A stretch of DNA of 64,000 nt, taken from contig OY970368.1 in the NCBI GenBank assembly GCA_963718615.1, positions 1,056,001 to 1,120,000 of the forward strand. Direction: 5' to 3'. Below the pieces are notes generated by a model that was given only the letters and a program-made list of their open reading frames with translations, had not been told where the DNA came from and did not search any database. Numbering within the stretch: the stretch's first letter is position 1; every line of letters starts with the position of its first letter. A program made the position numbers and the translations under genes. Below, one piece after another: positions 48,621 through 59,807 of the stretch. The stretch is from an uncultured cyanobacterium (GTDB lineage: Bacteria > Cyanobacteriota > Cyanobacteriia > PCC-9006 > JAAUQQ01).

Positions 48621-49460
48621 CTAGGCGGAACCAATCACCCCCACCAGGGGAGAACTCGCGCTGGCATAGGCTTTCACGGGGATCCGACCCGCTTGGTAGG
48701 CGAGGCGACCGGCGATGGTGGCGAGACCCATGGCCTGGGCCATGGCGGCGGGGTTGGTGGCTTGGGCGATCGCCGTATTAATCAACAGCGCATCCGCTCC
48801 CATCTCCATGGCCTGGGCCGCCTCACTGGGGGCACCCAACCCCGCATCGACCACCACCGGGATCGCAGCATTCTCAATGATGATGCTGATATTGGCCGCG
48901 TTCTTAATGCCCTGGCCCGAACCAATGGGTGATCCCAGGGGCATAACAGTCGCGCAGCCAACTTCCTCTAGGCGCTTAGCCAAAAGGGGATCGGCGTTGA
49001 TGTACGGCAGAACGGCAAAGCCTTCTTTCACCAGTTGTTCTGCCGCTTGCAAGGTCCCAATGGGGTCGGGCAGGAGATATTTTGTGTCGGGAATGACCTC
49101 TAGCTTGACAAAGTTGTTGTCCTCTTGGCCGAGGAGTTTCGCCATTTCCCGGCCTAGCCGCGCCACGCGGATGGCATCTTCGGCGGTCTGACAACCGGCG
49201 GTATTGGGCAGCATCCAAATTTTGCTCCAGTCTAGGGCTTCCGCCAACCCCTCGTGGCCTGCCGCATTGGTTTGCACCCGCCGCACGGCAACGGTGACTA
49301 TTTCACAGCCGCTGGCCGCAATGCTCTGGCGCATCTCATCAAAATTGCGGTACTTGCCGGTGCCGGTCATGAGGCGAGACCGGAAGCTACGACCGGCGAT
49401 GACGAGGAGATCGTCGGTGGCTTGGGCAGGACTTGGAGTGGGGCGATCGAGCGTTTGCAT
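48621..49460 (-). CDS. thiG: Thiazole synthase
   Basis: [40 protein letters not shown]. Confidence 0.96.
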   Translation of the reverse strand: MQTLDRPTPSPAQATDDLLVIAGRSFRSRLMTGTGKYRNFDEMRQSIAASGCEIVTVAVRRVQTNAAGHEGLAEALDWSKIWMLPNTAGCQTAEDAIRVARLGREMAKLLGQEDNNFVKLEVIPDTKYLLPDPIGTLQAAEQLVKEGFAVLPYINADPLLAKRLEEVGCATVMPLGSPIGSGQGIKNAANISIIIENAAIPVVVDAGLGAPSEAAQAMEMGADALLINTAIAQATNPAAMAQAMGLATIAGRLAYQAGRIPVKAYASASSPLVGVIGSA

Positions 49461-49555
49461 GATGCGTCTAGAGTCGTCAATGAATCAAGGCTCTCTTTCA
49501 TCCTGTCACTTAAAGGGTCCCTTTGGCAGATCCGCCCTCAGCGATCGCCTGGGAT

Positions 49556-50188
49556 TTAGCCGATTTCTCCAATGGCCTTAACGGCGATCCCCCGATAGAG
49601 ATAGCCCCCCCATTGCGGTACCTCTTCCATGTAAAACTGGTCGATCGCCACATCTGGAAAAACCCGCCGAACGATCGCCCCCATATCCCGATCGAGATGA
49701 CAGCCATCGCCAAGGACTTTTTGCAGCGGTGTTAGGCGATGTTGCCAACGCTGGAGCTGGGGATCATCGGCAGCAAGACCATGTTCAAGAAAGAAGAACC
49801 GTCCCCCTGGCTTCAGCACCCGCCGAATTTCCTGGAGCGCCTGCTCGACGTTGGGGATGCTGCACAGGGTCCAGGTGCTCACGACGTTGTCGAAACTGGC
49901 GTTGGCCATGGGGAGAGATTCGCCGCTGAGGGTGCGTTGATCAACGGCGATCGCACTGGCCTCCACCCGCTTCCGGGCCAAGGTATTCATGCCCACATTG
50001 GGATCCACCGTTGTAATCTTTTGAACGCGATCGGGATAGCAAGCCAAATTCAGCCCTGTGCCAAAGCCAATTTCCAGAACTTCACCACTGACATCAGCCA
50101 AGAGCTCCCGCCGATAATGCTCGAAGGGCTCCCCTTGCATCACTCGATCGATTAGACGCGGAAAAAGAAACTGAGTATAGAGATTCAC
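49556..50188 (-). CDS. Class I SAM-dependent methyltransferase
   Basis: VLEIGFGTGLN, TLCSIP, RVLKPGG, LEHG. Confidence 0.88.
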   Translation of the reverse strand: MNLYTQFLFPRLIDRVMQGEPFEHYRRELLADVSGEVLEIGFGTGLNLACYPDRVQKITTVDPNVGMNTLARKRVEASAIAVDQRTLSGESLPMANASFDNVVSTWTLCSIPNVEQALQEIRRVLKPGGRFFFLEHGLAADDPQLQRWQHRLTPLQKVLGDGCHLDRDMGAIVRRVFPDVAIDQFYMEEVPQWGGYLYRGIAVKAIGEIG

Positions 50189-50273
50189 TGCGGCCCCTAA
50201 AAATTCACCCTACAATAATTAACCTAACAGCTCGCCAGACCAGGCCGTTTGAGGGAATAGCATCGTAGCCTAT

Positions 50274-50942
50274 ATGAATTCTCAGCCGATGGATCTAGAT
50301 CAAATCAAAGCCGAGCTTAATAGCCCTGACTCCCAGGCTCGCCTACGGGCGCTGACGGCGCTTCGTTTCTATGAAGCCGATACCGCAGTGCCACTCTTGT
50401 GCAGTCGTCTGGAGGATCCAGAGTTTTGGGTTCGGTCGTTTGTGGCGATGGGGTTAGGTCGGAAGCGATCGCCCGCTGGGTTCACAGCGCTGCAAACCTT
50501 GCTGGACGATACTGATGCCAATGTGCGGGCGGAGGCGGCCAGTGCCTTGGGGCTCTATGGCAAAATGGCGATCGCCCCCATGATGGTGGCCTTTAAGCAG
50601 GATCAGCATTGGCTCGTTCGCCGCAGTATTCTCGCGGCGCTGTCGGAGATGGATGCACCGGTTGAGCTGTTTAATGCCTGTACGTTGGCCCTGGAGGATG
50701 CGGACATTACGGTGCGGGAAACGGGGGCGCTGACGTTTAGCCGGTTTGCCCACACGGACATGCAAACGGCGGCCCTAGAGCGGTTATTGCCTCTGGCCCA
50801 GGCCGAATATCCGGTGGTGCGGGCGGCATTGGCGCGATCGCTGCGTCAATTTGACAGTTATCGCGCCCGAGAGATGTTAGTGCAACTTCGCCAGGATGAG
50901 GACCATCGGGTTGTGGCTGCGGTTTTAGAAGGCTTAATTTAA
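50274..50942 (+). CDS. HEAT-repeat (PBS lyase-like/NblB-like) protein
   Basis: VRSFVAMGLG, NVRAEAASAL, WLVRRSILAAL. Confidence 0.8.
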   Translation: MNSQPMDLDQIKAELNSPDSQARLRALTALRFYEADTAVPLLCSRLEDPEFWVRSFVAMGLGRKRSPAGFTALQTLLDDTDANVRAEAASALGLYGKMAIAPMMVAFKQDQHWLVRRSILAALSEMDAPVELFNACTLALEDADITVRETGALTFSRFAHTDMQTAALERLLPLAQAEYPVVRAALARSLRQFDSYRAREMLVQLRQDEDHRVVAAVLEGLI

Positions 50943-50955
50943 TGACCAACTCATC

Positions 50956-51495
50956 CTACAAACTAATATGCGTAATCCTCGTGACAAGCGATGTCAGCGC
51001 TGACCAGGTGTCAGGACCCACAAGGCCATCTACCGTCGCGAGGGGCTGACGCACGGGGAGGGGCAACTGTTGGAAGGCTTTGACCGCTTGTTCCGTCAAT
51101 GGGCCAAATTCGCCGTCGATCGCGCCGAAGTAAAAGCCCCGATGGCCTAGAACTTGCTGGATTTCGCTGGCGGCACCGGTTTTGGGGCCAAAGGAGAGGA
51201 TCTGCTGAAGCCGTTTGACGAGTTCGCCTTGGCTGCCCCGACGCAGCAGGGGCAAATGTCCAACGCCGCCTTGGTGCAAAACCTGCCAGGTTTTTGGACC
51301 GACGATGCCATCATCTTCGAGAAAGGAGCGGGTCTGAAAAACGCGAACGGCGAGCTCGGTGGTCGGGCCAAAGAGACCATCGGCGGTGAGGCCAAAGATG
51401 GAGACGCGATCGAGCAATAATAATTGCAGTTCCTTGACGGCTGCACCGCGATCGCCTGGTTGTAGAACGGGATGGGTTACGGTTGTGGTTTGCAT
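50956..51495 (-). CDS. Peptidoglycan-binding domain protein (two domains)
   Basis: L..GD.G..V.ELQ...DG.FGP.TE.AV..FQ...DG.VGP.TW twice. Confidence 0.88.
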   Translation of the reverse strand: MQTTTVTHPVLQPGDRGAAVKELQLLLLDRVSIFGLTADGLFGPTTELAVRVFQTRSFLEDDGIVGPKTWQVLHQGGVGHLPLLRRGSQGELVKRLQQILSFGPKTGAASEIQQVLGHRGFYFGAIDGEFGPLTEQAVKAFQQLPLPVRQPLATVDGLVGPDTWSALTSLVTRITHISL

Positions 51496-51624
51496 GGGAA
51501 TGTCCTGGGTTAACGATGAGATTTCCTAGCTCTTACTCTAGGGGAATCACAGGTTGAATACAGATACCCCCACGGGTGATTTATAGCGTAGAATTTCTAC
51601 AAGCTACTCCTGATTGTTCATCGG

Positions 51625-52251
51625 TCATTCATCGGTTTCCGCTGCTTCGAATAGGGTATTGATACTCAGATTTAAGTTGGGTAAGGTTGGGCTGATGAGG
51701 CGATCGCCGCGATGAAAACGCTGAAGTTCGTAAACTCCATCCACTAAATGACAGACCGTGAACGTGGGCTGCTTGGGTCCTCCGATGGCTCGGACTGCGG
51801 CCAGGGCACGGTAATCAACTAGCCAATATTCCCCAATTCCCATTTCTTCGTAGTCTGAGAGTTTGCGATCGTAATCATCTCGCCAGTTTGTGCTGACAAT
51901 TTCTATGATCAGCGGGATGGTTGCGCCATGAATAATGCTACTGCGACTCTTCCAAAGAGGTTCGTGGATGAGTTGAGTGCGATCGAGCAGGATTAAGTCA
52001 GGTTTATAGGCGTTCCCTTGCCGTTGCGGTTTGACAGTCGCGGAGAGGGGCAGGAAATAGTGGGGATGAAATTGTCGGCAGTGGAGACCGAGTTCTAGGC
52101 TCAAAAATCCACCGAGGGCTTCGTGGGGACCGGTGGGGTTAGTCATTTCTTTGGGAATACCATCGAATAGTTCAAAGTTGCACCCGTCTTCTGGGTGCCA
52201 TTCTAGAAATTCCTCGAAGGTGAGGAGGTTGGAGTGAATGGCGTAGGTCAT
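51625..52251 (-). CDS. Uma2-family endonuclease-fold protein
   Basis: KPDLI, LIIEIVS, K..DYEEMGIGEYWLVD. Confidence 0.88.
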   Translation of the reverse strand: MTYAIHSNLLTFEEFLEWHPEDGCNFELFDGIPKEMTNPTGPHEALGGFLSLELGLHCRQFHPHYFLPLSATVKPQRQGNAYKPDLILLDRTQLIHEPLWKSRSSIIHGATIPLIIEIVSTNWRDDYDRKLSDYEEMGIGEYWLVDYRALAAVRAIGGPKQPTFTVCHLVDGVYELQRFHRGDRLISPTLPNLNLSINTLFEAAETDE

Positions 52252-52495
52252 GGTGTGAGGCCGTGCAAGAAGTCCCTTATCTTAAGACAAGGCTACGGAC
52301 TTATCTAGAGTCTCAGATAGTCAAAATCTTGCAAACTCATGTCTAATCTTCTCTGTCGATAGACAATGAACTAAGCCAGTCTACAAACTCCCCCAATCTG
52401 CGATAGTTTATAGAACTATACAATTCCCAACAAGCCCCAGCGATCCCCGTGTCCTTCCCGGCACCGTCCGCAGGCTTTGCGTTCTGGAGGAATCC

Positions 52496-54472
52496 ATGGT
52501 CCATTCCCTCGACACTATCCCGGTTCAGGCTACTGCCGCTGAGTCCCCTAGCCAGACCTTTTCACCTAACCCTCATTCGAGCCAGCGCTGGACCATCGAA
52601 GCGAGCGAAGACCTCTATCGCATTAAGGGCTGGGGGGAGCCCTACTTCTCCATTAATGCCAATGGCCATGTGACCGTTTCTCCGAAGGGCGATCGCGGTG
52701 GCTCCCTCGATTTAGTGGACTTGGTTCAGGGTCTGCAAAAACGTAACTTACAACTGCCCCTGCTGATTCGGTTTTCGGATATTTTGGCCGATCGCATCGA
52801 ACGCCTCAATGCCTGTTTTTCCAAGGCCATTACCCGCTATAGCTACGATGGCGTTTACAAAGGTGTTTTCCCCGTCAAATGCAACCAACAGCGCCACCTT
52901 GTCGAAAAGCTAGTGGAATTTGGCGCGCCCTATCAATTTGGCCTGGAAGCCGGATCTAAACCTGAATTGATGATTGCCTTGGCGTTGCTTAATACTCCCG
53001 GTGCCCTGCTGATTTGCAATGGCTATAAAGACCAGGAATATATTGAAACTGCCGTTTTGGCACGGCGGTTGGGTAAGACGCCGATCATTGTGTTGGAACA
53101 GGCGGAAGAAGTGGATATGGCGATCGCCGCTTATCAAAAACTCGGAGTTAAACCCATTCTCGGGGTTCGGGCTAAGCTCAATAGCCGGGGCATTGGGCGG
53201 TGGGGAACTTCAGCGGGCGATCGCGCCAAATTTGGCCTCACCATGCCCGAAATCGTCACCGCAGTTGATCAGTTACGGGAAGCGGATCTGCTCGACAGTC
53301 TTCAGCTTTTGCACTTTCATATTGGCTCTCAGATTTCCGATATTAGCGTCATTAAAGATGCCATCCAGGAAGCCAGTCAGATTTATGCACAACTGGCGAA
53401 ACTCGGTGCGGCCATGCAGTATCTGGATGTGGGGGGCGGTCTCGGCGTAGATTACGACGGCTCTAAAACCAACTTCCACGCCTCGAAAAACTACAACATG
53501 CAAAACTACGCTAATGATGTGGTTGCAGGGGTAAAGGATGCCTGTGTGCAGCATCAGTTGGCGATGCCGACGCTGGTGAGTGAAAGTGGTCGGGCGATCG
53601 CCTCTCACCAATCGGTTCTAGTCTTTGATGTTTTGGGGACGAGCGAAGTTGTGTCTGCACAGCCTCAGCCTGCTACGGAGGATGAAGATCTGATTATTCG
53701 CAATCTCTGGGAAGCCTACGAATCGATTACGTCGGACAACTGTCAAGAAGCCTATAACGATGCGCTCAAGTTTAAGGACGATGCCATTAGTGCCTTTCGT
53801 TTGGGCTATTTGTCGCTGACGGCACGGGCTAGGGCGGAGCAGATGTATTGGGCCTGTTGTGAGAAAATTCAGGCGATCGCCCGTACTCTAGATCCTGCTC
53901 CAGACGGCTTAGCAGAATTGGAAGCAGCCATGTCGGCAATTTACTATGTCAATCTTTCCATTTTTCAGTCTGCGCCGGATACCTGGGGAATTGATCAGGT
54001 GTTTCCGGTTATGCCAATCCATCGCCTTAATGAAGAGCCCACCCAACGGGCTAGTCTTGCGGATCTGACCTGCGATAGTGATGGCAAGATCGATAAGTTT
54101 ATCGATACCAAGGCTGTAAAGAATTTGCTGGAGCTACATTCGTTTAATGCCGAACAGCCCTATTATCTCGGTATGTTCCTCAACGGAGCTTACCAGGAAA
54201 TCATGGGGAATTTGCATAATCTCTTTGGTGATACCAATGCGGTCCATATTCAGCTGACGCCGAAGGGCTATGAGATTGAATATGTGGTTAAGGGGGACAC
54301 AATGGAAGAGGTTTTGGGCTATGTGCAATATAGCAGTGAGGATTTGGTAGAGCGGATGCGGAAGCAAACGGAAGTGGCTTTGCAAACGCAACAAATGAGT
54401 ATTGAGGAATCGCAGCGGCTGTTGCAAAATTATGAGCGCAGCTTGAGACGCTATACCTACTTGTCGGTTTAG
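52496..54472 (+). CDS. speA: Biosynthetic arginine decarboxylase
   Basis: FPVKCNQ (PLP Lys), GLEAGSKPE, HFHIGSQI, ESGRA, DLTCDSDG, HNLFG. Confidence 0.96.
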   Translation: MVHSLDTIPVQATAAESPSQTFSPNPHSSQRWTIEASEDLYRIKGWGEPYFSINANGHVTVSPKGDRGGSLDLVDLVQGLQKRNLQLPLLIRFSDILADRIERLNACFSKAITRYSYDGVYKGVFPVKCNQQRHLVEKLVEFGAPYQFGLEAGSKPELMIALALLNTPGALLICNGYKDQEYIETAVLARRLGKTPIIVLEQAEEVDMAIAAYQKLGVKPILGVRAKLNSRGIGRWGTSAGDRAKFGLTMPEIVTAVDQLREADLLDSLQLLHFHIGSQISDISVIKDAIQEASQIYAQLAKLGAAMQYLDVGGGLGVDYDGSKTNFHASKNYNMQNYANDVVAGVKDACVQHQLAMPTLVSESGRAIASHQSVLVFDVLGTSEVVSAQPQPATEDEDLIIRNLWEAYESITSDNCQEAYNDALKFKDDAISAFRLGYLSLTARARAEQMYWACCEKIQAIARTLDPAPDGLAELEAAMSAIYYVNLSIFQSAPDTWGIDQVFPVMPIHRLNEEPTQRASLADLTCDSDGKIDKFIDTKAVKNLLELHSFNAEQPYYLGMFLNGAYQEIMGNLHNLFGDTNAVHIQLTPKGYEIEYVVKGDTMEEVLGYVQYSSEDLVERMRKQTEVALQTQQMSIEESQRLLQNYERSLRRYTYLSV

Positions 54473-54499
54473 GATTGGTTCGTTGTACATTCTTGATTC

Positions 54500-54531
54500 G
54501 TTGGGTTTCGCTGGGCTCAACACCAACCTAC
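54500..54531 (-). repeat. REP-like GTAG palindrome between convergent genes
   Basis: Minus strand GTAGGTTGGTGTTGAGCCCAGCGAAACCCAAC. Confidence 0.5.
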
Positions 54532-55367
54532 AAAATCGTTGTATTTTGTCCATTGAGAGGACTCATCCAGGCCCGTAGCAAATCATCGAGTTGAATATCC
54601 CACTCTAGTAAACATGCGTGGCCACTTTTCGGCAGAAATCGCGTTTGCGCATTGGGTAATCGCTGGGCGATGCGCTGGATTTCTTGTGTTGAGGGTAGGA
54701 GGCGATCGCGTTCTCCCGCCACCAACAACACCGGCTGAACCAAACGTTCTAAATCCACCTCAGCAAGGTCAAACTGACGCAATAACCCCAGCCGCCAAGC
54801 GGTGGTTTTCGGTTGAACACCTTGCATCGCATCTAACAATGCTTCTTGATCGGCCCGCTGCACCCGATCCGGTGCAATCAAAAAGGGAACCAGTCCCACC
54901 GATGAAAATCGATAGAGCGGATTAGGAATCCAATCTGCTGCTAAACTTCCCCATTGTAACCAAGGGGATTGGCTAAAGGAAGAGGCCGGATTAATCAAAA
55001 TGATCCGCTCGAAAAGTGACGGCATATAGCTCGCAACTTTCATCGCCAAACAAGCCCCAAAGGACTCTCCACACAGATAGACCGGCTGACGTTTCCCCGT
55101 TCGCTCCTGCTCCTTAGCAATCAAATGAGCAACCTGAACAACCAAACTATTCCAGTTGGAAAGGTCATCTACTGGCAACGCTAAACAGCGAATGTCAAAA
55201 CAATTTTCTAGACCATCGACTTGTCGTCGCAGGAGTTGACCACTGCCATCCATTCCTGGAAAAAAAATAAACAGGGGTTGCTTAGGCTGCGGCGGTTTGG
55301 GCGTCAGCAATGTCATTTGCTGCGGTTGGATGGGTCTGCGGGAGGTAGAAGAACTTAAGCTCACCAT
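54528..55367 (-). CDS. Alpha/beta hydrolase
   Basis: PGMDGSG, GESFG nucleophile elbow, D.LLPS, SGHACL. Confidence 0.88.
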   Translation of the reverse strand: MVSLSSSTSRRPIQPQQMTLLTPKPPQPKQPLFIFFPGMDGSGQLLRRQVDGLENCFDIRCLALPVDDLSNWNSLVVQVAHLIAKEQERTGKRQPVYLCGESFGACLAMKVASYMPSLFERIILINPASSFSQSPWLQWGSLAADWIPNPLYRFSSVGLVPFLIAPDRVQRADQEALLDAMQGVQPKTTAWRLGLLRQFDLAEVDLERLVQPVLLVAGERDRLLPSTQEIQRIAQRLPNAQTRFLPKSGHACLLEWDIQLDDLLRAWMSPLNGQNTTIL

Positions 55368-55407
55368 GGTTAGAAAATGAGACGACAGAAGGCTGGAAGT
55401 AAAAGTT

Positions 55408-56010
55408 TTAAGAAGGGAGCAACGCCGCTAACTCGACCAAGCTGGTGACACAGGCATCGGCATGTTCGGGCCAGGGAAATTGGCCAGTGACATCGATATG
55501 AACGGTAGCGGTGCCTGCATTGCGCCCAGCCAGTAAATCAAAAACGTAATCTCCCACCATGACGCCTTGGTTGGGCAGAGCTTGCCAGCGCTTTAAAAGA
55601 TGACGAATCCCATCGGGTTCGGGCTTAGGAGCGCAGCAGTTGCGGCTAAGGATGAGGTCGGGCTCAAAGAAAGAGAGTAAACCGCAGACGGCGAGGGTTT
55701 CGTGGGCAACCGGTTTGCTGTTGCGGGTGAGGATGCCGATGCATTTGTCTTGCGATCGCAACTGCTCCAACAGTTCCCCTGCCCCCGCCTGCGCCTCGGC
55801 TTTGCGAGCAATGTCTAGCTCAATGCCTTCCAGCTTGAGCCGTCGAGGGGCGGCTTCTTCGGGGGATAAGCGGGAGAGGGATTCGAGGATGGGCTGGTCA
55901 ATAGGTAGGTCGAGGGATGCGCGAATGGCAACGAAGTCGTGGGCCGCAACGGTGAGGGTTCCATCCATGTCAAAGATCCAGCAGGGGCGTTGGGCGAGGG
56001 GGGTCATCAT
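55408..56010 (-). CDS. HAD-family hydrolase
   Basis: FDMDGTL, LTRN, KPEP, MVGDYVFD. Confidence 0.88.
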   Translation of the reverse strand: MMTPLAQRPCWIFDMDGTLTVAAHDFVAIRASLDLPIDQPILESLSRLSPEEAAPRRLKLEGIELDIARKAEAQAGAGELLEQLRSQDKCIGILTRNSKPVAHETLAVCGLLSFFEPDLILSRNCCAPKPEPDGIRHLLKRWQALPNQGVMVGDYVFDLLAGRNAGTATVHIDVTGQFPWPEHADACVTSLVELAALLPS

Positions 56011-56049
56011 GGGAATTTGAGAATAGGGCTGAAACTCAACAGACGAAGC

Positions 56050-56076
56050 CCTAGCGGTGCGCAAGCTACCGTTAGG
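56050..56076. repeat. 27-nt palindromic dispersed-repeat-like element
   Basis: CCTAGCGGT-GCGCAAGCT-ACCGTTAGG. Confidence 0.45.
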
Positions 56077-56141
56077 AACTCAATTCCATCATAACCAGAG
56101 GGTCTCAATCGCGCCTACCAATCGCCGATGACCTTCTTTAA

Positions 56142-57971
56142 CCCGGATTTCTCACCAGGGCGGATAGAGAGTATCAGGCTTGCCCGAAATGAGATGAGCA
56201 GTCTGTTGACTCGAGCAATAGAGGATGCCTGAGGCATCTTTCAGGCTGTCTATGCTGTAAAGGTAGTCATTGTGCTCTAGATATGGGGCTTCAGGCAGAT
56301 TTTGAGCAGGTCAAAGCAAGGGTGTGTAATCTCACCCTTGGAGAGTCGTTGAATTAAAGTCGGAGCGAAAGGCTAGAGTTCTACTCATCGGTCTATCCTG
56401 GCCTAGGGAGTCGTCTGCGCAACTGTTGTGCTGCCGCTTCAAAGAGGGTTTGTATGGGCGAAGCGAAAGTGAATGCGACGAGAATGCGCCTGACAGAGAT
56501 GCGAACCTGTGCGCCAAGCTTGAGCAGCTTGCGTCGAATGGTGCCCAGAGTCGCATCAGCGAGTTCAGTTTTGGCGAGTGCCTTGAGGCGCAGGGCCTGC
56601 ATCAAGACATAGGCGAAGGATGAAAACCAGAGTCTGAGCTGATTGCTTTCAAAGTCATGGGTGGAGGTGCGGTCGCTGAAGAGGTCAAGCTGATGCTCCT
56701 TGATGCGATTTTCCATCTCTCCTCGCGGACAGTAATAATCGCGGTGAAGGTGAGCGGGATGGGCCTGCTGTGCTGTCAAAGAGGTGACAACGAAATGGCG
56801 ACGTGGGCCATTGCCATCGTAGGTGAGCTTGCAAATGACGCGACGCTCACAGCTCCAGGATTTAAGCGTGGCATAGCTCAAGGACTGATGCCAAACCTGG
56901 GGCGGAACCAAGCGGTTGAGTTCAGCCTCTAGTTCACTTGCACTCTGCTCTAACAGAGGTTCTAAGGTGGCAGCAACCGTTTGGCGCTGGGCCTCATAAA
57001 CGGCTTTGGCTCGCTGTTCTAACCCCCAAGTCAATTGGCGCAAGCGCTCATTGCTGCTGTGGGCAAAAACAAAGTCCACCTGGGCTTCACCTTCACACCA
57101 CAGCATGATGTCATCTCGGCTGTAAGCACTATCGCCGCGCACCAGAATCTTCACCTTCGGCCAATGACCTCGAATCTGAGCCACGATGCGTTGGAGTTCT
57201 TCTAACGCTCCCGCTGCGGGGTCCACATTGGCCGGTCGCAGTTTTGCACTCAACAAATGGCGACCACTGAAGATGAGCAACGGGGTGTAGCAGTCATGGC
57301 GGTAATACCCATTGAACGCTGAACCTTCCTGGGTGCCATGGGTGGGGTCATCGGTGACATCCATGTCCAGGATGATTTGTTTCGGTTCACCTTCGAGTTG
57401 TTCGATGAATAGCTCCACCAAGAGCGCCTCGATGGCAGCCGGGTCCAGGCTCAGTTTCACGTAGCGCGAATCTGACAAGTCGCGGGGGACATGCATCGCT
57501 TGCTCCAATCGGTTGAGGGTGCTCTTGCCCGCTAACGGTGCACAGCGCGGATGCTGGCTTTCTAACTGACCCAGAACTACCCCAAATAATCGCTCATGCC
57601 GAAGGTCGTCATGGTCATTCACGTCCTCGTAGCCTTGCACCAATCCATAAAGCCGTTGCCCGAGCAGCGTTTTCAATTCATGTTGCACCCGGCTGCCATC
57701 GCGGTGATCCGTAAAGCACTCGGACAGCCGCTCACTGATTCGATATAGCTGGTCGATTTCTCGAATTAGCAGCAGCCCTCCATCACTGCTGAGCTCACCA
57801 CCGCTAAAGTTCGCTACTATCTTGCGTTGATTCAGGCGTCCAAACTCGTAGCTTGGCAAGTTACACTCTGTTTGGGTCGGGGCCATCTTTGCAAACCGCT
57901 GAATGTCTTGTGGTTATTACATTCTCGCTGGTTGGTGACCCCGATCCCTCGGCACTGGTGAGATATCCGGG
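56142..57971 (-). mobile_element. IS1380-family insertion sequence, intact (transposase 56393-57886)
   Basis: IRs CCCGGATTTCTCACCAG / CTGGTGAGATATCCGGG; 5-bp duplication TTTAA; SSDGGLLL, LDMDVTDD, RGDSAY, RGEMENRIKE. Confidence 0.93.
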
Positions 57972-58011
57972 TTTAAACATAATCCCACAACAAAATACGA
58001 CAAAATACGAC

Positions 58012-58038
58012 AAAACCCATCACAGATCCTGTGATGGG
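58012..58038 (-). terminator. Intrinsic terminator for the minus-strand genes
   Basis: CCCATCACAG-N3-CTGTGATGGG stem followed by TTTT on the minus strand. Confidence 0.65.
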
Positions 58039-58082
58039 CTATTCCTGGCGAGGAATTCAAGCAAGATAACTGACTGAATCAC

Positions 58083-58529
58083 TTACGATTCACGAGTTTC
58101 CAAGGTTGCGGTTTTGGAGGTTACGGCTGGGGTTACAGCTTTCGAGGCGATCGCTTGCTTCACACCGGCCAGTTTTTTATCGATGCCTTTTTCGACGAAG
58201 TAGCCCGTGAGGAACGTCGTTACAGCAGAAAGCACCACCGGGCCGAGGATAAAGGCCAACAATCCATGGACTGCAAATCCGGGAACCAGCAGCGAAGCCA
58301 GCCAGAAACAAACGCCATTGATCACGAGGGAAAAGCTACCCAGCGTCAGCAGATTCACTGGCAAAGACAGCAACGAAATCACCGGCTTTATAGTACCGTT
58401 GACCAGGCCCAGCGATAGAGCCGCAGCCAAGGCGGCTGGAAAGGTTGCGATACCAACACCAGGGACAGCCAAGTCAACAACCAGGAGGCTGAGGGCCGTA
58501 ACGAGGGTGGTCAGAAAAAATCCCAACAT
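58083..58529 (-). CDS. 4-TM 'phage holin superfamily IV' (YvlD/DUF360-like) membrane protein
   Basis: GLVN..IKP...LLSLP...LTLG.F.LVING...VPGF. Confidence 0.85.
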   Translation of the reverse strand: MLGFFLTTLVTALSLLVVDLAVPGVGIATFPAALAAALSLGLVNGTIKPVISLLSLPVNLLTLGSFSLVINGVCFWLASLLVPGFAVHGLLAFILGPVVLSAVTTFLTGYFVEKGIDKKLAGVKQAIASKAVTPAVTSKTATLETRES

Positions 58530-58598
58530 GTTTTTACGCTCCTAATTCAAATGCTTATGGGGTCAAAATCAATTCAAAACCTAGAAACTCGCTAGAAA

Positions 58599-58820
58599 CT
58601 AGGCATTCACTTCGGCGATATCCGATTGCTGGTTCAGCTTTTGCTGTTGCAATTTTTCGTCATGCTTGGCGATCGCCCACACCGCATGAATACTCCCCGG
58701 TAACCAACCGAGGATCGTCAAGGGAATATTGATAAACAGGGCGGGGCTAATCCCGTAGGTCAGGAACACACCAACCGGTGGTAGAGCAACTCCTAGGGCG
58801 TAGCGAATCAGTTTGTTCAT
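58599..58820 (-). CDS. YqaE/Pmp3-family proteolipid
   Basis: LPPVGVFL...IN..LT.LGWLPGSIHAVW. Confidence 0.88.
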   Translation of the reverse strand: MNKLIRYALGVALPPVGVFLTYGISPALFINIPLTILGWLPGSIHAVWAIAKHDEKLQQQKLNQQSDIAEVNA

Positions 58821-59017
58821 GGTGTTTATCTTTCCGTTTCTCTTTGCCCTTTTAGCATGACAAATCCGTTGCGTTTTTCCGAGGAGAGTTAACCGGAAGA
58901 AATAGGGTGAAAACCTTACCCAGATTAGGGTTTACCCAACAACTGGTTCGGTTAATACGATAAAACTATTTGATGGGGTTACTACTCTTTATCCGATTAG
59001 AGCAGGACGCTAATCCT

Positions 59018-59632
59018 TTACCCTGTCAGCATTCCAACTAAAACCTGAAGGAGATCTTCCACATCCGCAGGAACGCGAAACAAACTCAAATCCTGCCAAA
59101 TCTGCTTCTCCGCCCGGTTCAAAATCCCGAACTGCCACACATTACCAATCGAAACCGCTCCATATAAAACGGGAGTTTCCAACGGGGACCACTGATCTAC
59201 CGCGATCAGCTCCACCGCAAGCTGGGCAAATCCCCGTTGTAAATTCTCATCCTTTGCCTCGATCACAACCAGTGAATTATCCCGCTGCAAATAATAGTCT
59301 AAGGCTCCCTTCAACTGCTCCGTTACAAACAACGAATAGCCAACCTTGAGTTTGGCATGGGTGTAGTGCAGCAAATCCACAAGAACGGGTGCAATTAAGA
59401 ACTGCTGTCGCGCCGATTCATTGTCCAGCGAGATCAGCGGCAGGCTTTCGTTGAGCTGATCAATCAGCCCTTGGGATCGCTCCAATACCCGCCCCGTGCG
59501 AGGCAGTTCCAAAATTTGACGACCGAATCCATAGCCAAAATAGGCCAGCAAATCCTCAATATCAACATTGAGCTTGTAATAGTCCGAAAACGCGTAGGAA
59601 CGCGCCGGGTCAATGACTGCTGCCCGCACCAT
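59018..59632 (-). CDS. Cyanobacterial restriction-endonuclease-fold hypothetical protein
   Basis: NESARQQFLIAPVL, GALDY...VIEAK, GFAQLAVELIA, YGAVSIGNVWQF. Confidence 0.7.
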   Translation of the reverse strand: MVRAAVIDPARSYAFSDYYKLNVDIEDLLAYFGYGFGRQILELPRTGRVLERSQGLIDQLNESLPLISLDNESARQQFLIAPVLVDLLHYTHAKLKVGYSLFVTEQLKGALDYYLQRDNSLVVIEAKDENLQRGFAQLAVELIAVDQWSPLETPVLYGAVSIGNVWQFGILNRAEKQIWQDLSLFRVPADVEDLLQVLVGMLTG

Positions 59633-59807
59633 AGTCAACTGGGCCTCCGGTCTAGAACGCTCGATCCCTTGATTCACAGATCTATATCATAGGCAATCTG
59701 CGAATTTCGTCGGCAAGATCTACCCACCGGGGAGCTGAGGCATTACCCTAGAGAAGAATCGAAACAATCTGCAATAATTCTTCGCTCACCCTCTCCCCTC
59801 CACGCCT

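Noticed and set aside
49460-49556. TPP riboswitch upstream of thiG
   Set aside because: Under 100 bp of intergenic sequence, and I could not find the TPP consensus elements
58083-58820. Prophage lysis module
   Set aside because: This 4-TM holin-like family is commonly chromosomal; the neighbour is Pmp3 and no phage genes are present
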